A stretch of DNA of 64,000 bases, taken from an uncultured Pelagibacteraceae bacterium (lineage in GTDB: Bacteria; Pseudomonadota; Alphaproteobacteria; Pelagibacterales; Pelagibacteraceae). Positions within the stretch are counted from its first letter, which is position 1. Each line of letters starts with the position of its first letter. Under the pieces are notes generated by a model, which was given only the letters and a program-made list of their open reading frames with translations, was not told the origin of the DNA and did no database searches. This document shows, in pieces, positions 54,238-64,000 of the stretch. The stretch spans positions 967 through 64,966 of the forward strand of contig CACFQM010000001.1 in assembly GCA_902568425.1 (NCBI GenBank), given 5' to 3'. The position numbers were made by a program, and so were the translations under genes.

Positions 54238-56108
54238 ATTTTTTTTCTTTTAAAAAAATTTAATACTCCTCCTAAAGATAGCAGTAAAACTGATAACCAA
54301 ATCAAATTCATAAATGGTTTTACTTGAAATTTAATATTGAACACATCTGTGTCAGATATATTGCTCATGGTCAGGTAGGTATCTGAAAATAAATTAGAAT
54401 TTATTGAAGCCTCGTAGGTAATAGTAAAAGGTTTGTCGTATACTCTTATTTCAGGTTTAAGTTCTTTTGAAGTGAAGTTTTTTTTGTTTGTGACATTAAA
54501 ATAGCCAATAATAGATTTATAATTTTTTATTGATTGTTCCTCTAAATTGACGAATTTTATTGAGTAATATTCTGTTTTTTTGGTTTCTCCCAATTTTAAA
54601 TTAAAATTATTTTCTACTGAAAATATATGGTTTATGTAAATAAAGAATATAAGTAATCCAAATCCTAAATGAGATATTATTCTTGAAATATTTATATTCT
54701 TTTTTTTGAAGCTTTCATAAAAATCAAAAAGTGTTTGCGTAATAAGGTAAATAGAAAAAAATAATATTAAATTTATTAAAAAGTTTTTCTCTTTAATAAA
54801 AAAAAAGGTAATTAAAAATAAAGTAACTGATAAAACTAAAACTAGGTTAAATAACGACCTTATTTCATTTGAAATCCATTTATAATTTGGTCCTGATGTC
54901 ATTAAAAATAAGAGCGGTATCAAAAAAGGTGCTAAAATAAGATTATAGTATGGTGGCCCAACTGATATCTTGGATCCTGTAATAGTATCAAGAAGAACCG
55001 GATAAAGTGTTCCAATTAAAACCACTCCTAAAAAAAAGATCATAAACCAGTTGTTTGCAATAATAAAAGCTTCTTTTGAAAAGATGGAGTATTTTTTATC
55101 TTCTTTTGGAGAAAATTTGAAAAAAATAAATATCGAGGAGAAAACCATAAGTACTAAAAAACTTAAAATAAAAAGACCTCTAGAGGGATCACTAGCAAAC
55201 GTATGAACAGAATTCAAAATGCCTGATCTAACTAAAAATGTTCCTGTCACACTCATAGTAAAAGTTAAAATACTTAATACTATCACCCAAGAGAAAAGTC
55301 CTATTCTTCTCTCCAACACTAGTATTGAATGAAGAAGAGCCGTCATAACAAACCAAGGCATCAAAGATGAATTTTCAACTGGATCCCAAAACCAATATCC
55401 GCCCCAACCCAATTCATAGTATGCCCAGATAGAACCAACTAATATTCCGACGGTTTGAAAAAACCAAGAAACTAAAACCCAAGATTTAATAGAGACTGCA
55501 AATGATTGTGAGTCAATTTTTGAAATTAAAGCTGCTAAGGCTGCTGAAAAGTAAATAGATGAACCAACAAAACCAACATAAAGTAAAGGGGGGTGAATTG
55601 CTAAAGCTGGATCTTGTAAAATTGGATTCAAACCTAAACCTTCTAAAGGGACTGGAAATAGTCCAGAAAATGGATTTGAATTGGTCAATAAAAAAATAAG
55701 AAAAGTAGCAATCAATAAATTTTGGAACAATAGAGTTAAAATTTTAAAACTTTTATCATTATTTTTAGTTAAAAATAAAAACAGAGAAGAAAATAAAACT
55801 AAAATATTTATCCATAATAATAAACTTCCTTCATGATTCCCCCAGGTGCCTGAAATTTTATAAAATAAAGGTTTGTTTGAATGAGAATTTTCATAAACAT
55901 TTACTAAAGAAAAATCTGATAAAATATAAGCTAATAGAAGAACGAAAAAGCTTGAGATAGAAAAAAATAGTTGAAATAAAGTAAATTTATAAATTTTTGA
56001 AGGGATTAAATTATTTACTACTTTAAATTCCTTAAATGTGAAAAAAATTATAAAAAGACTTGTAAATAATGTTCCAATTGTAAATAATATACCTAAATTA
56101 CTTAGCAT
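54234..56108 (-). CDS. ccmF: cytochrome c heme lyase subunit CcmF
   Basis: 624 aa and polytopic, with the WWD-type region WGGYWFWDPVEN. Confidence 0.93.
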   Translation of the reverse strand: MLSNLGILFTIGTLFTSLFIIFFTFKEFKVVNNLIPSKIYKFTLFQLFFSISSFFVLLLAYILSDFSLVNVYENSHSNKPLFYKISGTWGNHEGSLLLWINILVLFSSLFLFLTKNNDKSFKILTLLFQNLLIATFLIFLLTNSNPFSGLFPVPLEGLGLNPILQDPALAIHPPLLYVGFVGSSIYFSAALAALISKIDSQSFAVSIKSWVLVSWFFQTVGILVGSIWAYYELGWGGYWFWDPVENSSLMPWFVMTALLHSILVLERRIGLFSWVIVLSILTFTMSVTGTFLVRSGILNSVHTFASDPSRGLFILSFLVLMVFSSIFIFFKFSPKEDKKYSIFSKEAFIIANNWFMIFFLGVVLIGTLYPVLLDTITGSKISVGPPYYNLILAPFLIPLLFLMTSGPNYKWISNEIRSLFNLVLVLSVTLFLITFFFIKEKNFLINLILFFSIYLITQTLFDFYESFKKKNINISRIISHLGFGLLIFFIYINHIFSVENNFNLKLGETKKTEYYSIKFVNLEEQSIKNYKSIIGYFNVTNKKNFTSKELKPEIRVYDKPFTITYEASINSNLFSDTYLTMSNISDTDVFNIKFQVKPFMNLIWLSVLLLSLGGVLNFFKRKKI

Positions 56109-56526
56109 CTTTATTTGAATTTCCCCTTAATTCTGGTGGCATATAATTTTCATCATGTTTTGCTAAAATTCTTTTTGCTATAAAAAATTTTTTATCTCGT
56201 AATTTTCCTTCTGCAACTACACCTTTTCCTTCTGCAAAAAGAGCTGGAACAGTTCCAGAATAACTAACAATTATTTCATTGCTTAAATCTGTAACTACAA
56301 ATTTTATCTCAGTTTCGTTGCTTTGAATGGACCCTTTTTTTACCATACCACCAACTCTTATTTTTTTATTTAAATCTATGTCATTAGTATTTTTTATTTC
56401 TGAAGGAGAATAAAAATATAAAACATTATCTTCTAAAACTTTAAATACTAAAAAAATTAAAAATACACTGATAGCTGATAAAGTTAGTAAGATTGATAAT
56501 CTAATTTTTACCTTTTTTAAAAGCAT
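56098..56526 (-). CDS. ccmE: cytochrome c maturation heme chaperone CcmE
   Basis: TM anchor, an OB-fold, and the heme-binding AKHDENYMPPE motif. Confidence 0.9.
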   Translation of the reverse strand: MLLKKVKIRLSILLTLSAISVFLIFLVFKVLEDNVLYFYSPSEIKNTNDIDLNKKIRVGGMVKKGSIQSNETEIKFVVTDLSNEIIVSYSGTVPALFAEGKGVVAEGKLRDKKFFIAKRILAKHDENYMPPELRGNSNKDAK

Positions 56527-56541
56527 TTCAGAAATGCTGGA

Positions 56542-56769
56542 TTAACTTCTTGAGTGTGAAATTAAAATTTCCTTGGCAATTTTTTGTTTTCTTATGTCTT
56601 TAAATTGTTCCTCAGGAAGATTTTGTGCTTCTTTTATGAAATCTTTTTCTAATTTTTTAAGAGTTTTTTTTGTTCGTATATACAAAAATAGACAAACTAA
56701 GAATGTAAATCCAAATGAAGACCACACGTATACACCGTATCCATCCATTAAAAAAATTTCAAAACTCAT
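56542..56769 (-). CDS. ccmD: heme exporter protein CcmD
   Basis: 75 aa with a single TM helix (YVWSSFGFTFLVCLFLYI), located between ccmC and ccmE. It overlaps ccmC by 4 nt. Confidence 0.7.
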   Translation of the reverse strand: MSFEIFLMDGYGVYVWSSFGFTFLVCLFLYIRTKKTLKKLEKDFIKEAQNLPEEQFKDIRKQKIAKEILISHSRS

Positions 56770-57473
56770 AATTTTCTTATACCTTTTCTCTTAATTCTAA
56801 TTGTTTCTATTCTATATTTCATTAGAAAAATTACCGCAACATACATAATAAGCGCGAATAACATAAGCCCCAGTGGAATTAGCATTGAAAAATGCACTGT
56901 TGTTTCCCTAGTAAGACTAATGCTTGAGGGTTGATGTAAAGTTGACCACCACTCAACAGAGTATTTTATAATAATTAGATTTATTAAACCTAGTACGGAT
57001 ATTAAAGTACAAGCTTTAATTGACCTATCTGGATTATTTATAAATTTATATGAAAATATAAAAGTAATGTAAAAAAACATTAAAACTAACATTGAGGTTA
57101 ATCTTGCATCCCATGCCCACCAAGTACCCCATGTTGGTTGTCCCCAAATAGATCCTGTAACTATTGCTATAATATTAAAAGTAAGACCTATAGGCGCAAG
57201 ACTTTTATAAATTAATGTAACATTCTTTAATTTAAATAAAAAATTAAGAATGCAGAAAAAACTTATCGCTGCAAAACTTAATAAAGAAATCCAAGCTGAA
57301 GGAACATGAATATACATAATTCTTACCGTATCACCCTGAATGTAATCTTCAGGAGATAAAAATAGTGAAAAAATTAGTCCAACAACTACAATTGGAAGTA
57401 GGAAGGCTTTAAAAAGATTCAAAAGCTTTCCTGAAAGTTTAAAAACATAACTAGGATTTAAAAATTTAATCAT
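56766..57473 (-). CDS. ccmC: heme exporter protein CcmC
   Basis: The WWD motif WGTWWAWDARLTS within a six-TM protein. Confidence 0.93.
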   Translation of the reverse strand: MIKFLNPSYVFKLSGKLLNLFKAFLLPIVVVGLIFSLFLSPEDYIQGDTVRIMYIHVPSAWISLLSFAAISFFCILNFLFKLKNVTLIYKSLAPIGLTFNIIAIVTGSIWGQPTWGTWWAWDARLTSMLVLMFFYITFIFSYKFINNPDRSIKACTLISVLGLINLIIIKYSVEWWSTLHQPSSISLTRETTVHFSMLIPLGLMLFALIMYVAVIFLMKYRIETIRIKRKGIRKL

Positions 57474-57524
57474 CCTTTTTTATTTATCTGATTTTAATTA
57501 ATTTGAGAATGGTACATTTTGTTG

Positions 57525-57577
57525 GTCTAGTTGAAGTCTGAGGGAGATAAGGAAGTAAGAATTGACCCCAACTAGAC
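57525..57577. ncRNA. candidate structured RNA: 9-bp GC-containing stem enclosing a purine-rich (plus strand) or pyrimidine-rich (minus strand) loop; class unknown
   Basis: GTCTAGTTG (57525-57533) pairs with CAACTAGAC (57569-57577), and an inner GTC/GAC stem pairs 57536-57538 with 57564-57566. The loop is TGAGGGAGATAAGGAAGTAAGAATT. It lies in a 178-nt spacer with no credible ORF. Confidence 0.25.
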
Positions 57578-57651
57578 ACTAACACTATTAAATTATTCGT
57601 GATTTTAGTCGGAGTTTTGAGTGAATCTTGTTAAATTTGTGGCAAAACAAA

Positions 57652-57972
57652 TTAATTAGACGGTTTATAATAAACCGATCCCCGTTTTTCTGAAAAGAAC
57701 TCATCTACTAAAGGGTGTCTGATTGGTTCTTTCGAGTTATCAGTTATTAAATTTTGTTCAGAAACATATGCTTCATAAGTAATTTCATTATTCTCGGCCA
57801 ATAAATGATAGAAGGGCTGATCTTTTCTCGGTCTAACATCTTTTGGGATTGATTGATACCATTCCTCAGAATTATTAAATTCAAAGTCAACGTCATAAAT
57901 TACACCCCTAAAATTAAAGTGTCTATGTTTAACAACATTTCCAATTGAAAATTTAGCTTTTTTTGAATCCAT
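57652..57972 (-). CDS. hspQ: heat shock protein HspQ / hemimethylated-DNA-binding YccV family
   Basis: FSIGNVVKHRHFNFRGVIYDVD...PFYHLL is the YccV-domain pattern. Length is 106 aa. Confidence 0.8.
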   Translation of the reverse strand: MDSKKAKFSIGNVVKHRHFNFRGVIYDVDFEFNNSEEWYQSIPKDVRPRKDQPFYHLLAENNEITYEAYVSEQNLITDNSKEPIRHPLVDEFFSEKRGSVYYKPSN

Positions 57973-58050
57973 TATGTAAACATAGTAACATTTTTGATAA
58001 AATCAATATATTAAATTTAAATTAAATTTCTTTTATGATAGCTTTTTCTT

Positions 58051-58602
58051 GTGAATAAATCTTTTGTCAAACTACTAACAGATTTCGGTCCACTACTAAT
58101 TTTTTTTATTGTATATTATCGAGGGGGTAAAAACTTGCAGGTAGCTATACCGCCGCTGATAATTGCAACAATTGTTGCGGTAATTATCGTTTATTACTTG
58201 GAAAAAAAAATACCTTATGTTCCTCTTTTAGGAGCAATACTGGTAACTATATTCGGAGGGCTCACCATTTTTTTTAAAAATCCGATTTTTATATATTTAA
58301 AACCTACAATTATAAATATTTTGTTTGCAGTAGGTTTATTAATAGGAAAATTATTTTTTAAAAGAAATTTTCTTCAATTATTTTTAGGTGGTTCTATTAA
58401 ATTGGAGGATATAGGTTGGGATAAACTAATGTTTAGATGGGCTTCTTTTTTTGTTTTTTTAGCAATTCTAAATGAATTTGTATGGAGAACACAAACGGAA
58501 GAGTTTTGGATTAATTTTAAGGTGTGGGGCATCTTGCCAATTACTTTATTATTTACTATTTTTCAGTTACCATTAATTAAAAGGCACAAAGTAGATGACT
58601 AA
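58051..58602 (+). CDS. yciB: intracellular septation protein A (YciB/IspZ)
   Basis: LLTDFGPLLIFFIVYY N-terminus, five TM helices, and a typical length (183 aa). It has a GTG start. Confidence 0.85.
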   Translation: MNKSFVKLLTDFGPLLIFFIVYYRGGKNLQVAIPPLIIATIVAVIIVYYLEKKIPYVPLLGAILVTIFGGLTIFFKNPIFIYLKPTIINILFAVGLLIGKLFFKRNFLQLFLGGSIKLEDIGWDKLMFRWASFFVFLAILNEFVWRTQTEEFWINFKVWGILPITLLFTIFQLPLIKRHKVDD

Positions 58603-58939
58603 TAAGTTACGTCTTGTAATAAATAATAATTTTGACAAAAGGGAAGTTTTTTTTATCAAAAAAGAACTTAGGTCTATATTAAATCTTTATGCTCAAAAAG
58701 TTTCTTCCGGAGACTGGAAGGATTATGGGTTATCAATAAATAAAAAAGAAGTTACATTTGATATTTATCAAAGATCATCTGAAAAACCTGTTTACAGAAT
58801 ATCAAAAAATTTAGATCCAAAACGAAAAGATGAAAAATTTTATATTTTGGATAGAAACGGTTTAATAGTTAAAAAATCAGAAAACCTTGAGAGATTAATA
58901 AAAAAAGTAGAGTGGAATAGATTAAGATTAATTAAATAG
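58595..58939 (+). CDS. conserved hypothetical protein (possibly the alphaproteobacterial DUF2794 family; not verifiable here)
   Basis: 114 aa, basic and soluble. It overlaps yciB by 8 nt. The family assignment is from memory of the pattern only. Confidence 0.45.
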   Translation: MTNKLRLVINNNFDKREVFFIKKELRSILNLYAQKVSSGDWKDYGLSINKKEVTFDIYQRSSEKPVYRISKNLDPKRKDEKFYILDRNGLIVKKSENLERLIKKVEWNRLRLIK

Positions 58940-58943
58940 ATTG

Positions 58944-59708
58944 TTATCTTCTTTGCCCAAATAATCTCAAGAGAAATATAAATAAATTAATGAAATCTAA
59001 GTATAACTTTAAAGCTCCCATAATTGCTTTAGTTCCCATAACTTGGCCACTGTCTGTAGCTAAATACATATTTTTAATTTTTTGGGTATCGTAAGCAGTA
59101 AATCCAACAAAAACCAAAACACCTATAATAGAAACAATAAAATACATCATACTTGATTGTACAAACCAATTTACAACTGATGCAATTATGATGCCGAATA
59201 AACCCATCATTAAAAAAGATCCTAATTTTGTCAAATCTCTTTTTGTTGTATAACCATAAATACTCATTACTCCGAAGGTACCAGCTGTTATAAAAAATAC
59301 TCTAGCAATACTCATTCCAGTAAATTCTACAAGTAAAGTGCTCAAAGAAGCTCCAAATAAAGAACTAAATATCCAAAAAGCAGCCTGACACTTTGCTACG
59401 TTCATTTTTTTTGCAGCGGAGAAAAAATAAAACATAACAGCCAATGGAGACAGTGCAACAACCCATTTTAAACCTGTATTAAAAAGAAGGTTACCAAAGC
59501 TTGTAACACCAACAAATCCCGATGAACTACTAAAAGTTATGTTGTAACCACCCGCAGCTTGAAAAACAATTAAAGATACTATGCCAGTTAAAAAAAGACC
59601 TGAACCCATATAATTGTAAACTCTAAGCATGTAAGCTCTTAAACCCTGGTCAATTAAAGCTTCGGATGCTGATGATCTTGCTGTTGTAGTTTGTTTATTT
59701 ATATCCAT
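58944..59708 (-). CDS. Bax inhibitor-1/YccA family membrane protein
   Basis: 254 aa with seven TM helices and the BI-1 pattern (YMLRVYNYMGSGL..., C-terminal DFINLFIFLLRLFG). Confidence 0.85.
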   Translation of the reverse strand: MDINKQTTTARSSASEALIDQGLRAYMLRVYNYMGSGLFLTGIVSLIVFQAAGGYNITFSSSSGFVGVTSFGNLLFNTGLKWVVALSPLAVMFYFFSAAKKMNVAKCQAAFWIFSSLFGASLSTLLVEFTGMSIARVFFITAGTFGVMSIYGYTTKRDLTKLGSFLMMGLFGIIIASVVNWFVQSSMMYFIVSIIGVLVFVGFTAYDTQKIKNMYLATDSGQVMGTKAIMGALKLYLDFINLFIFLLRLFGQRR

Positions 59709-59785
59709 AAAATTAATATATGATTTTTTAATGACTTTTCAATAGTCAATAATTGCTTTAAAAAAATCAATAAATAAAGGAATTA

Positions 59786-60826
59786 ATGAAGTTTAAAAAA
59801 CTTGGAAATACTAATTTAAAAGTTAGCCTCATTTGTTTAGGCACAATGACTTGGGGAGAACAAAATACTCAAGAAGAAGGTTTTGAACAAATGGATTACG
59901 CTCTAGATAGAGGGGTAAATTTTTTCGATACAGCAGAGCTTTATGCTATTCCACCTAAAGCAAAAACTTATGGCAAAACAGAAGAAATAATTGGCAACTG
60001 GTTTAAACTTAGAAAAAATAGAAAAAAAATAATTTTAGCAAGTAAAATTGCTGGTCCAGGTTTAAAATGGATCAGAGGTGGGGGTTCACAATATTCTCCA
60101 GAAAGTATTGAGGATGCATTACATAAAAGTCTTAAAAGATTACAAACAGACTATATTGATTTGTATCAGCTTCATTGGCCTGAAAGGAATACTAATTATT
60201 TTGGTGATTTAGATTATGAACACAACATTAATGAAAAATCATGGAATAGTTTTGAAAGTATCTTAAAAACTTTAAAAAAATTTATTGATCAAGGAAAAAT
60301 TAAATATATAGGTTTATCAAACGAGACCCCATGGGGTTTTTCAAAATTTTTAGAGATAGCTAAAGAGCAGAAATTACCAAGAGTAGTTTCAGTCCAAAAT
60401 CCATATAGTTTAATAAATAGATCTTACGAGATTGGAATGTCAGAAATTTCAATGAGAGAGAAAGCTGGTCTTTTGGCATATTCTCCATTAGCGGTTGGTT
60501 ATCTGACTGGAAAATATAGAAACAAAGAAATCCCAAAAAATTCAAGATTAGATCTGTTTTACGAAAATTATCCAAGGTATCATAATGAAAGAACCTATGA
60601 AGCGGTTGATGAATATTTCAAAATTGCTCAAAAATATAAAATATCTTTATCACAACTCTCTCTTGCCTTTGTAAATTCAAGAGATTTCGTAACTAGCAAT
60701 ATTATTGGGGCAACCACAATGAAGCAATTAAAAGAAAATATAGATAGTATAGATATAGGCTTGGAAGAAAATATTATGCATGAAATAAACTTAATTCATG
60801 AAAAAATTCCAAATCCCGCACCTTAA
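59786..60826 (+). CDS. aldo/keto reductase (Tas-like)
   Basis: LGTMTWG, FFDTAELY, DLYQLHWP, and GLSNETPWG. Confidence 0.88.
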   Translation: MKFKKLGNTNLKVSLICLGTMTWGEQNTQEEGFEQMDYALDRGVNFFDTAELYAIPPKAKTYGKTEEIIGNWFKLRKNRKKIILASKIAGPGLKWIRGGGSQYSPESIEDALHKSLKRLQTDYIDLYQLHWPERNTNYFGDLDYEHNINEKSWNSFESILKTLKKFIDQGKIKYIGLSNETPWGFSKFLEIAKEQKLPRVVSVQNPYSLINRSYEIGMSEISMREKAGLLAYSPLAVGYLTGKYRNKEIPKNSRLDLFYENYPRYHNERTYEAVDEYFKIAQKYKISLSQLSLAFVNSRDFVTSNIIGATTMKQLKENIDSIDIGLEENIMHEINLIHEKIPNPAP

Positions 60827-60889
60827 TTAAACAACTATTGAAAAGATCAAAAATTTGTATAAATTGAATTATCAGTCTAAATTTAAAAA

Positions 60890-61390
60890 ATGAAAAAAAT
60901 TTCGGTTCTATTAACATTATTTACTTTTTTATTTTCATCAAATGTTTTTAGTGATCAACCAAAAAGTATCGGTAAATATAAAAGCTGGGAGGCTTTTACA
61001 TATAATGGTAGTAACGGGAAAATTTGTTTTGCACAAACTATTCCTTTAGATAGAGCTCCAAAAAATTTAAAAAGAGATCCATCAAGACTTTTTGTGACTT
61101 TCAGAAAGAATGAAAAGATCAAGAATGAGCTTAGTGTAACTAGCGGCCACATGTATAAAAAATCTTCAGTAATGGCAAAATCAGGAAAAAATGAATTTTT
61201 GTTTTTTTCACAAGGAAATTTTGCTTGGTTGATAGATGGAGAAGAGGAATTCAATCTTATAAAAACTATGAAGAGAGCTTCAAAATTATCTGTAACAGCG
61301 AGAACAAGCACAGGTACGGAAACAAAAGACATGTATTCCATGATGGGTTTCACTAAAGCTTATAATACCGCTAGAAAAAGTTGTGCCTAA
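60890..61390 (+). CDS. secreted IalB-like (invasion-associated locus B family) protein
   Basis: Signal peptide ([21 protein letters not shown]), then KSWEAFTY...KICFAQ and a C-terminal conserved Cys, a pattern typical of alphaproteobacterial IalB-family proteins. Confidence 0.55.
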   Translation: MKKISVLLTLFTFLFSSNVFSDQPKSIGKYKSWEAFTYNGSNGKICFAQTIPLDRAPKNLKRDPSRLFVTFRKNEKIKNELSVTSGHMYKKSSVMAKSGKNEFLFFSQGNFAWLIDGEEEFNLIKTMKRASKLSVTARTSTGTETKDMYSMMGFTKAYNTARKSCA

Positions 61391-62573
61391 AAAAAAGAAT
61401 AAAATTGTTTTAGCTTACTCTGGAGGGCTAGACACCTCTATAATTTTAAAATGGCTTCAAGAAAATTATAACTCAGAGATTATTGCTTACACTGCAGACA
61501 TCGGACAAGAAATTAACAAAAGCAAAATTATAAAAAATGCAAAAAGATTGGGTGTAAAAAACATAATTATTGAGGATTTGAAAAATACTTTCGTAAAAGA
61601 TTATGTTTACCCAATGATTAGAGGTCACGCATTATATGAAGGTGTTTATTTATTAGGAACGTCTATAGCAAGACCTTTGATTGCTAAAAGACAGATTGCT
61701 ATTGCTAAAAAATTTAAAGCATTTGCTGTATCACACGGTTCAACAGGAAAAGGAAACGATCAAGTAAGATTTGAGCTTGGATATTATTACTTTGGACCAA
61801 AGATAAAAGTAATTGCCCCTTGGAGAATTTGGAAATTAAAATCTAGAACTGATTTAATAAAATATGCAAAAAAACATAACATAGCTATACCGAAAGATAA
61901 AAAGGGGGCACCACCTTTTTCTGTTGATGATAATCTCTATCACACCTCAACAGAAGGTAAGGTATTAGAAGATCCAAGAAAACAGGCGCCAGAATATATT
62001 TTTCAAAGAACAGTTTCTCCTGAAAAAGCTCCTAGTAAACCATCTTATGTAAATATAGGATTTAAAAAAGGTGATCCAATATCAGTAAATAATAAAAAAT
62101 TATCTCCAGCCAAACTGCTTCAAAAATTAAATTTAATTGCAGGTAAGAATGGAGTTGGAAGAGTTGATTTAGTTGAAAATAGATTTATTGGAATAAAATC
62201 AAGAGGGGTTTACGAAACTCCAGGGGGAACTCTTTTGATGATAGCACACAGAGCGATGGAGTCCGTAACTTTAGATAAGAAAACTATGCATGAGAAGGAT
62301 GAAATTATGCCGAAGTATGCTGAACTGATTTACAATGGTTTTTGGTTTTCAAAATCAAGACTTAAATTACAGAGAAAAGTCGACCTAAAAAGAAATCAAG
62401 TAAATGGAAATATTAAACTTAAGTTATACAAAGGTAATGTTACAATTTTATCAAGACAAAGTAACAGTAAAGCATACTCTATTGATAAAGTGTCTTTTGA
62501 AGAAAATAAAAGTTTCAAAAAGTCAAAAGTTGAGAGATTTATATTGGGTGCGGCAAGAAAGCTTAGGGTTTAA
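61383..62573 (+). CDS. argG: argininosuccinate synthase
   Basis: [25 protein letters not shown], and [21 protein letters not shown] start overlaps the previous gene by 8 nt. Confidence 0.97.
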   Translation: MPKKKNKIVLAYSGGLDTSIILKWLQENYNSEIIAYTADIGQEINKSKIIKNAKRLGVKNIIIEDLKNTFVKDYVYPMIRGHALYEGVYLLGTSIARPLIAKRQIAIAKKFKAFAVSHGSTGKGNDQVRFELGYYYFGPKIKVIAPWRIWKLKSRTDLIKYAKKHNIAIPKDKKGAPPFSVDDNLYHTSTEGKVLEDPRKQAPEYIFQRTVSPEKAPSKPSYVNIGFKKGDPISVNNKKLSPAKLLQKLNLIAGKNGVGRVDLVENRFIGIKSRGVYETPGGTLLMIAHRAMESVTLDKKTMHEKDEIMPKYAELIYNGFWFSKSRLKLQRKVDLKRNQVNGNIKLKLYKGNVTILSRQSNSKAYSIDKVSFEENKSFKKSKVERFILGAARKLRV

Positions 62574-62600
62574 GTATAATTAAAAATATAAAAAACTTCT

Positions 62601-62996
62601 ATGTCTATGAACATTATAATCAGAAATATTCAGCTAGTTGCTGTAATATTTATTTTGGTCGGAACTGTGTTGGCTTTTGGTTTTGAAATCAACGAAATGT
62701 ATAAAGCTGGTCGTGTAACTTTAGCAGACCTTCTTTTGATGTTTATCTATATTGAAGTTATTGGAATGATCGGAGTTTTCTGGGCTAGTAAAACAATAAG
62801 AATTACTTACCCTGTGTTAATTGCAATCACAGCATTAGCAAGACTAATAATTTTGCAAGACAAAGATAGTGCCTCAGTAAATTTAATTTATCAGGGTGCT
62901 GCTATTCTATTATTAGCTTTATCAGTTTTTTTCTTAACTTTGAGATACAGCAAAAAACTTGGAATGGATAAAAAAAATCCTGGTGAGGAAGCTTAA
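62601..62996 (+). CDS. small four-TM membrane protein, PsiE-like (tentative)
   Basis: 131 aa. Its hydrophobic pattern and the LLLMFIYIEVIGM segment resemble phosphate-starvation-inducible PsiE proteins. This is a weak call. Confidence 0.4.
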   Translation: MSMNIIIRNIQLVAVIFILVGTVLAFGFEINEMYKAGRVTLADLLLMFIYIEVIGMIGVFWASKTIRITYPVLIAITALARLIILQDKDSASVNLIYQGAAILLLALSVFFLTLRYSKKLGMDKKNPGEEA

Positions 62997-63002
62997 AAAA
63001 AC

Positions 63003-63422
63003 ATGAAACAACTAGTAGCAATTGTTGCATATTACATGTTTGGATATCTTATTTTTTGGACTTTTCTTCATGAGACAGATCTTTTTCCAAAAGTTTGGGT
63101 ACAAGATAATTTTAGTATAGCAATTTATTTATGGGTTTTCTTTTTTATAGTTCCACTTTTTCTAATTGCTCTTGGAACAGAATATATTAAAAGACGAATT
63201 GCTGATTTTAAATCACTAGGACAAGGTTCGAGATGGCCACTTTATATTTTATTATTTGGTGTTTGGGACCTAATGATTGGTTTTGCTTATTTACTGTTCT
63301 CCTATTTCGAAATCACACATGTAACTATGATAATTGCTAACGGATTATTCATTACTGGAACTTATTTAACATTTTTGAGTTTTGGGATAGCAAAGAAATT
63401 GCAATTGAGTAAAGATAATTAA
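63003..63422 (+). CDS. hypothetical four-TM membrane protein
   Basis: 139 aa and hydrophobic, with no recognisable motif. Confidence 0.5.
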   Translation: MKQLVAIVAYYMFGYLIFWTFLHETDLFPKVWVQDNFSIAIYLWVFFFIVPLFLIALGTEYIKRRIADFKSLGQGSRWPLYILLFGVWDLMIGFAYLLFSYFEITHVTMIIANGLFITGTYLTFLSFGIAKKLQLSKDN

Positions 63423-63426
63423 ACAT

Positions 63427-64000
63427 ATGGCTAATAAAATTTTAATATTTGGTGCTACTGGGGCTGTTGGAAGTTCTCTTGCCAAATTAATGCAAAATGG
63501 ATCAACTGAATGTCATCTTATAGGAAAAAATCAGGATGAAGTTTCAAGACTGTCAGATGAAACTGGTCATAGCTTTAGTGTTGCTGATGTATTAGAAGAA
63601 GGTTTTTTAGATAAAATTGATAGTGATCTTGCTGACACTGAGATTAAAGGTATTGCTTATTGCGTAGGATCTATAGACCTTAAACCAATAAATTTGATTT
63701 CAAAAAAAGATGTAATGAAATCATTTTCACTAAATTTATTTCCTATTTACGACATTATAAAAAAATTTCATCAAAGTTTAAAAAATAATAAAGGATCAAT
63801 AGTTTTGTTTTCGACAGTTGCTGCAAATCAAGGTTTTCCTAATCATGGAATTATCTCGCCGGTAAAAGCATCTTTGGAGGGTCTTACTATTTCTTTAGCA
63901 GCAGAATTTTCTCCAAACGTAAGAGTTAATTGTATAGCTCCAAGTATGAGTAACTCAAAAATGGCTAGTAAAATTTTAAAAAATCCAAAAATTGCTGAAG
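63427..64000 (+). CDS. short-chain dehydrogenase/reductase family protein, N-terminal fragment; 3' end lies outside the window
   Basis: Manual translation from ATG 63427 stays open to the window end. It has MANKILIFGATGAVGSSLA (TGxxxGxG) and ...LAAEFSPNVRVNCIAPS. It is not on the ORF track because it has no stop. Confidence 0.7.
   Translation, partial: MANKILIFGATGAVGSSLAKLMQNGSTECHLIGKNQDEVSRLSDETGHSFSVADVLEEGFLDKIDSDLADTEIKGIAYCVGSIDLKPINLISKKDVMKSFSLNLFPIYDIIKKFHQSLKNNKGSIVLFSTVAANQGFPNHGIISPVKASLEGLTISLAAEFSPNVRVNCIAPSMSNSKMASKILKNPKIAE

Noticed and set aside
57525-57577. SRP RNA or TPP riboswitch, based on GUCUGAGGGAGA...GGAAG.
   Set aside because: It lacks the TPP CUGAGA...ACCUGAUCUGGAUAAUGCCAGCG architecture and the SRP domain IV consensus. 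It is kept only as an unclassified candidate.
60955-61353. 132-aa minus-strand ORF opposite the IalB-like gene.
   Set aside because: The plus-strand frame has a clean signal peptide, a family-like pattern and a coupled overlap with argG. The minus-strand product has no features and no sensible start context.

Overview
This is a very AT-rich 64-kb chromosomal segment. It has almost no intergenic DNA and many 1-11 nt gene overlaps. Gene content and synteny are alphaproteobacterial: rplU-rpmA-obg-proBA-nadD-rsfS, atpHAGDC, lpd-sucBADC / mdh / sdhBADC, leuCDB-asd, rpsP-trmD-rplS, ffh / dapF-ftsY and ccmCDEFGH. The degree of streamlining suggests a SAR11/Pelagibacterales-type genome; that is an inference, since no search was possible. 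I call about 70 CDS. I saw no rRNA, tRNA, CRISPR array, transposase, integrase or phage gene. Most of the window is core housekeeping. The most interesting part is a co-directional minus-strand block at about 42.1-52.8 kb. It holds two tandem FMN-dependent 2-hydroxyacid dehydrogenase paralogs, and one of them reads in frame into a class-I aminotransferase as a 771-aa ORF. The block also holds a GlcD-like FAD oxidase, an NAD 2-hydroxyacid dehydrogenase, a Tat-signal TRAP transporter with an internal terminator, an amidase and an untracked 59-aa membrane ORF. I read this block as a candidate uptake, oxidation and transamination module that turns hydroxy or oxo acids into amino acids. The fusion has a caveat: a 9-nt homopolymer lies just upstream of the junction. 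Other items of note are a three-gene envelope-type insertion that splits the mdh-sucCDAB cluster, and two unusually long GC-rich structured intergenic regions (ffh/dapF and hspQ/ccmC). An NTF2-like gene also sits in the usual rimM slot, and Lys-rich tails occur on L21, L19 and S16, the S16 tail carrying a perfect 42-bp tandem repeat.
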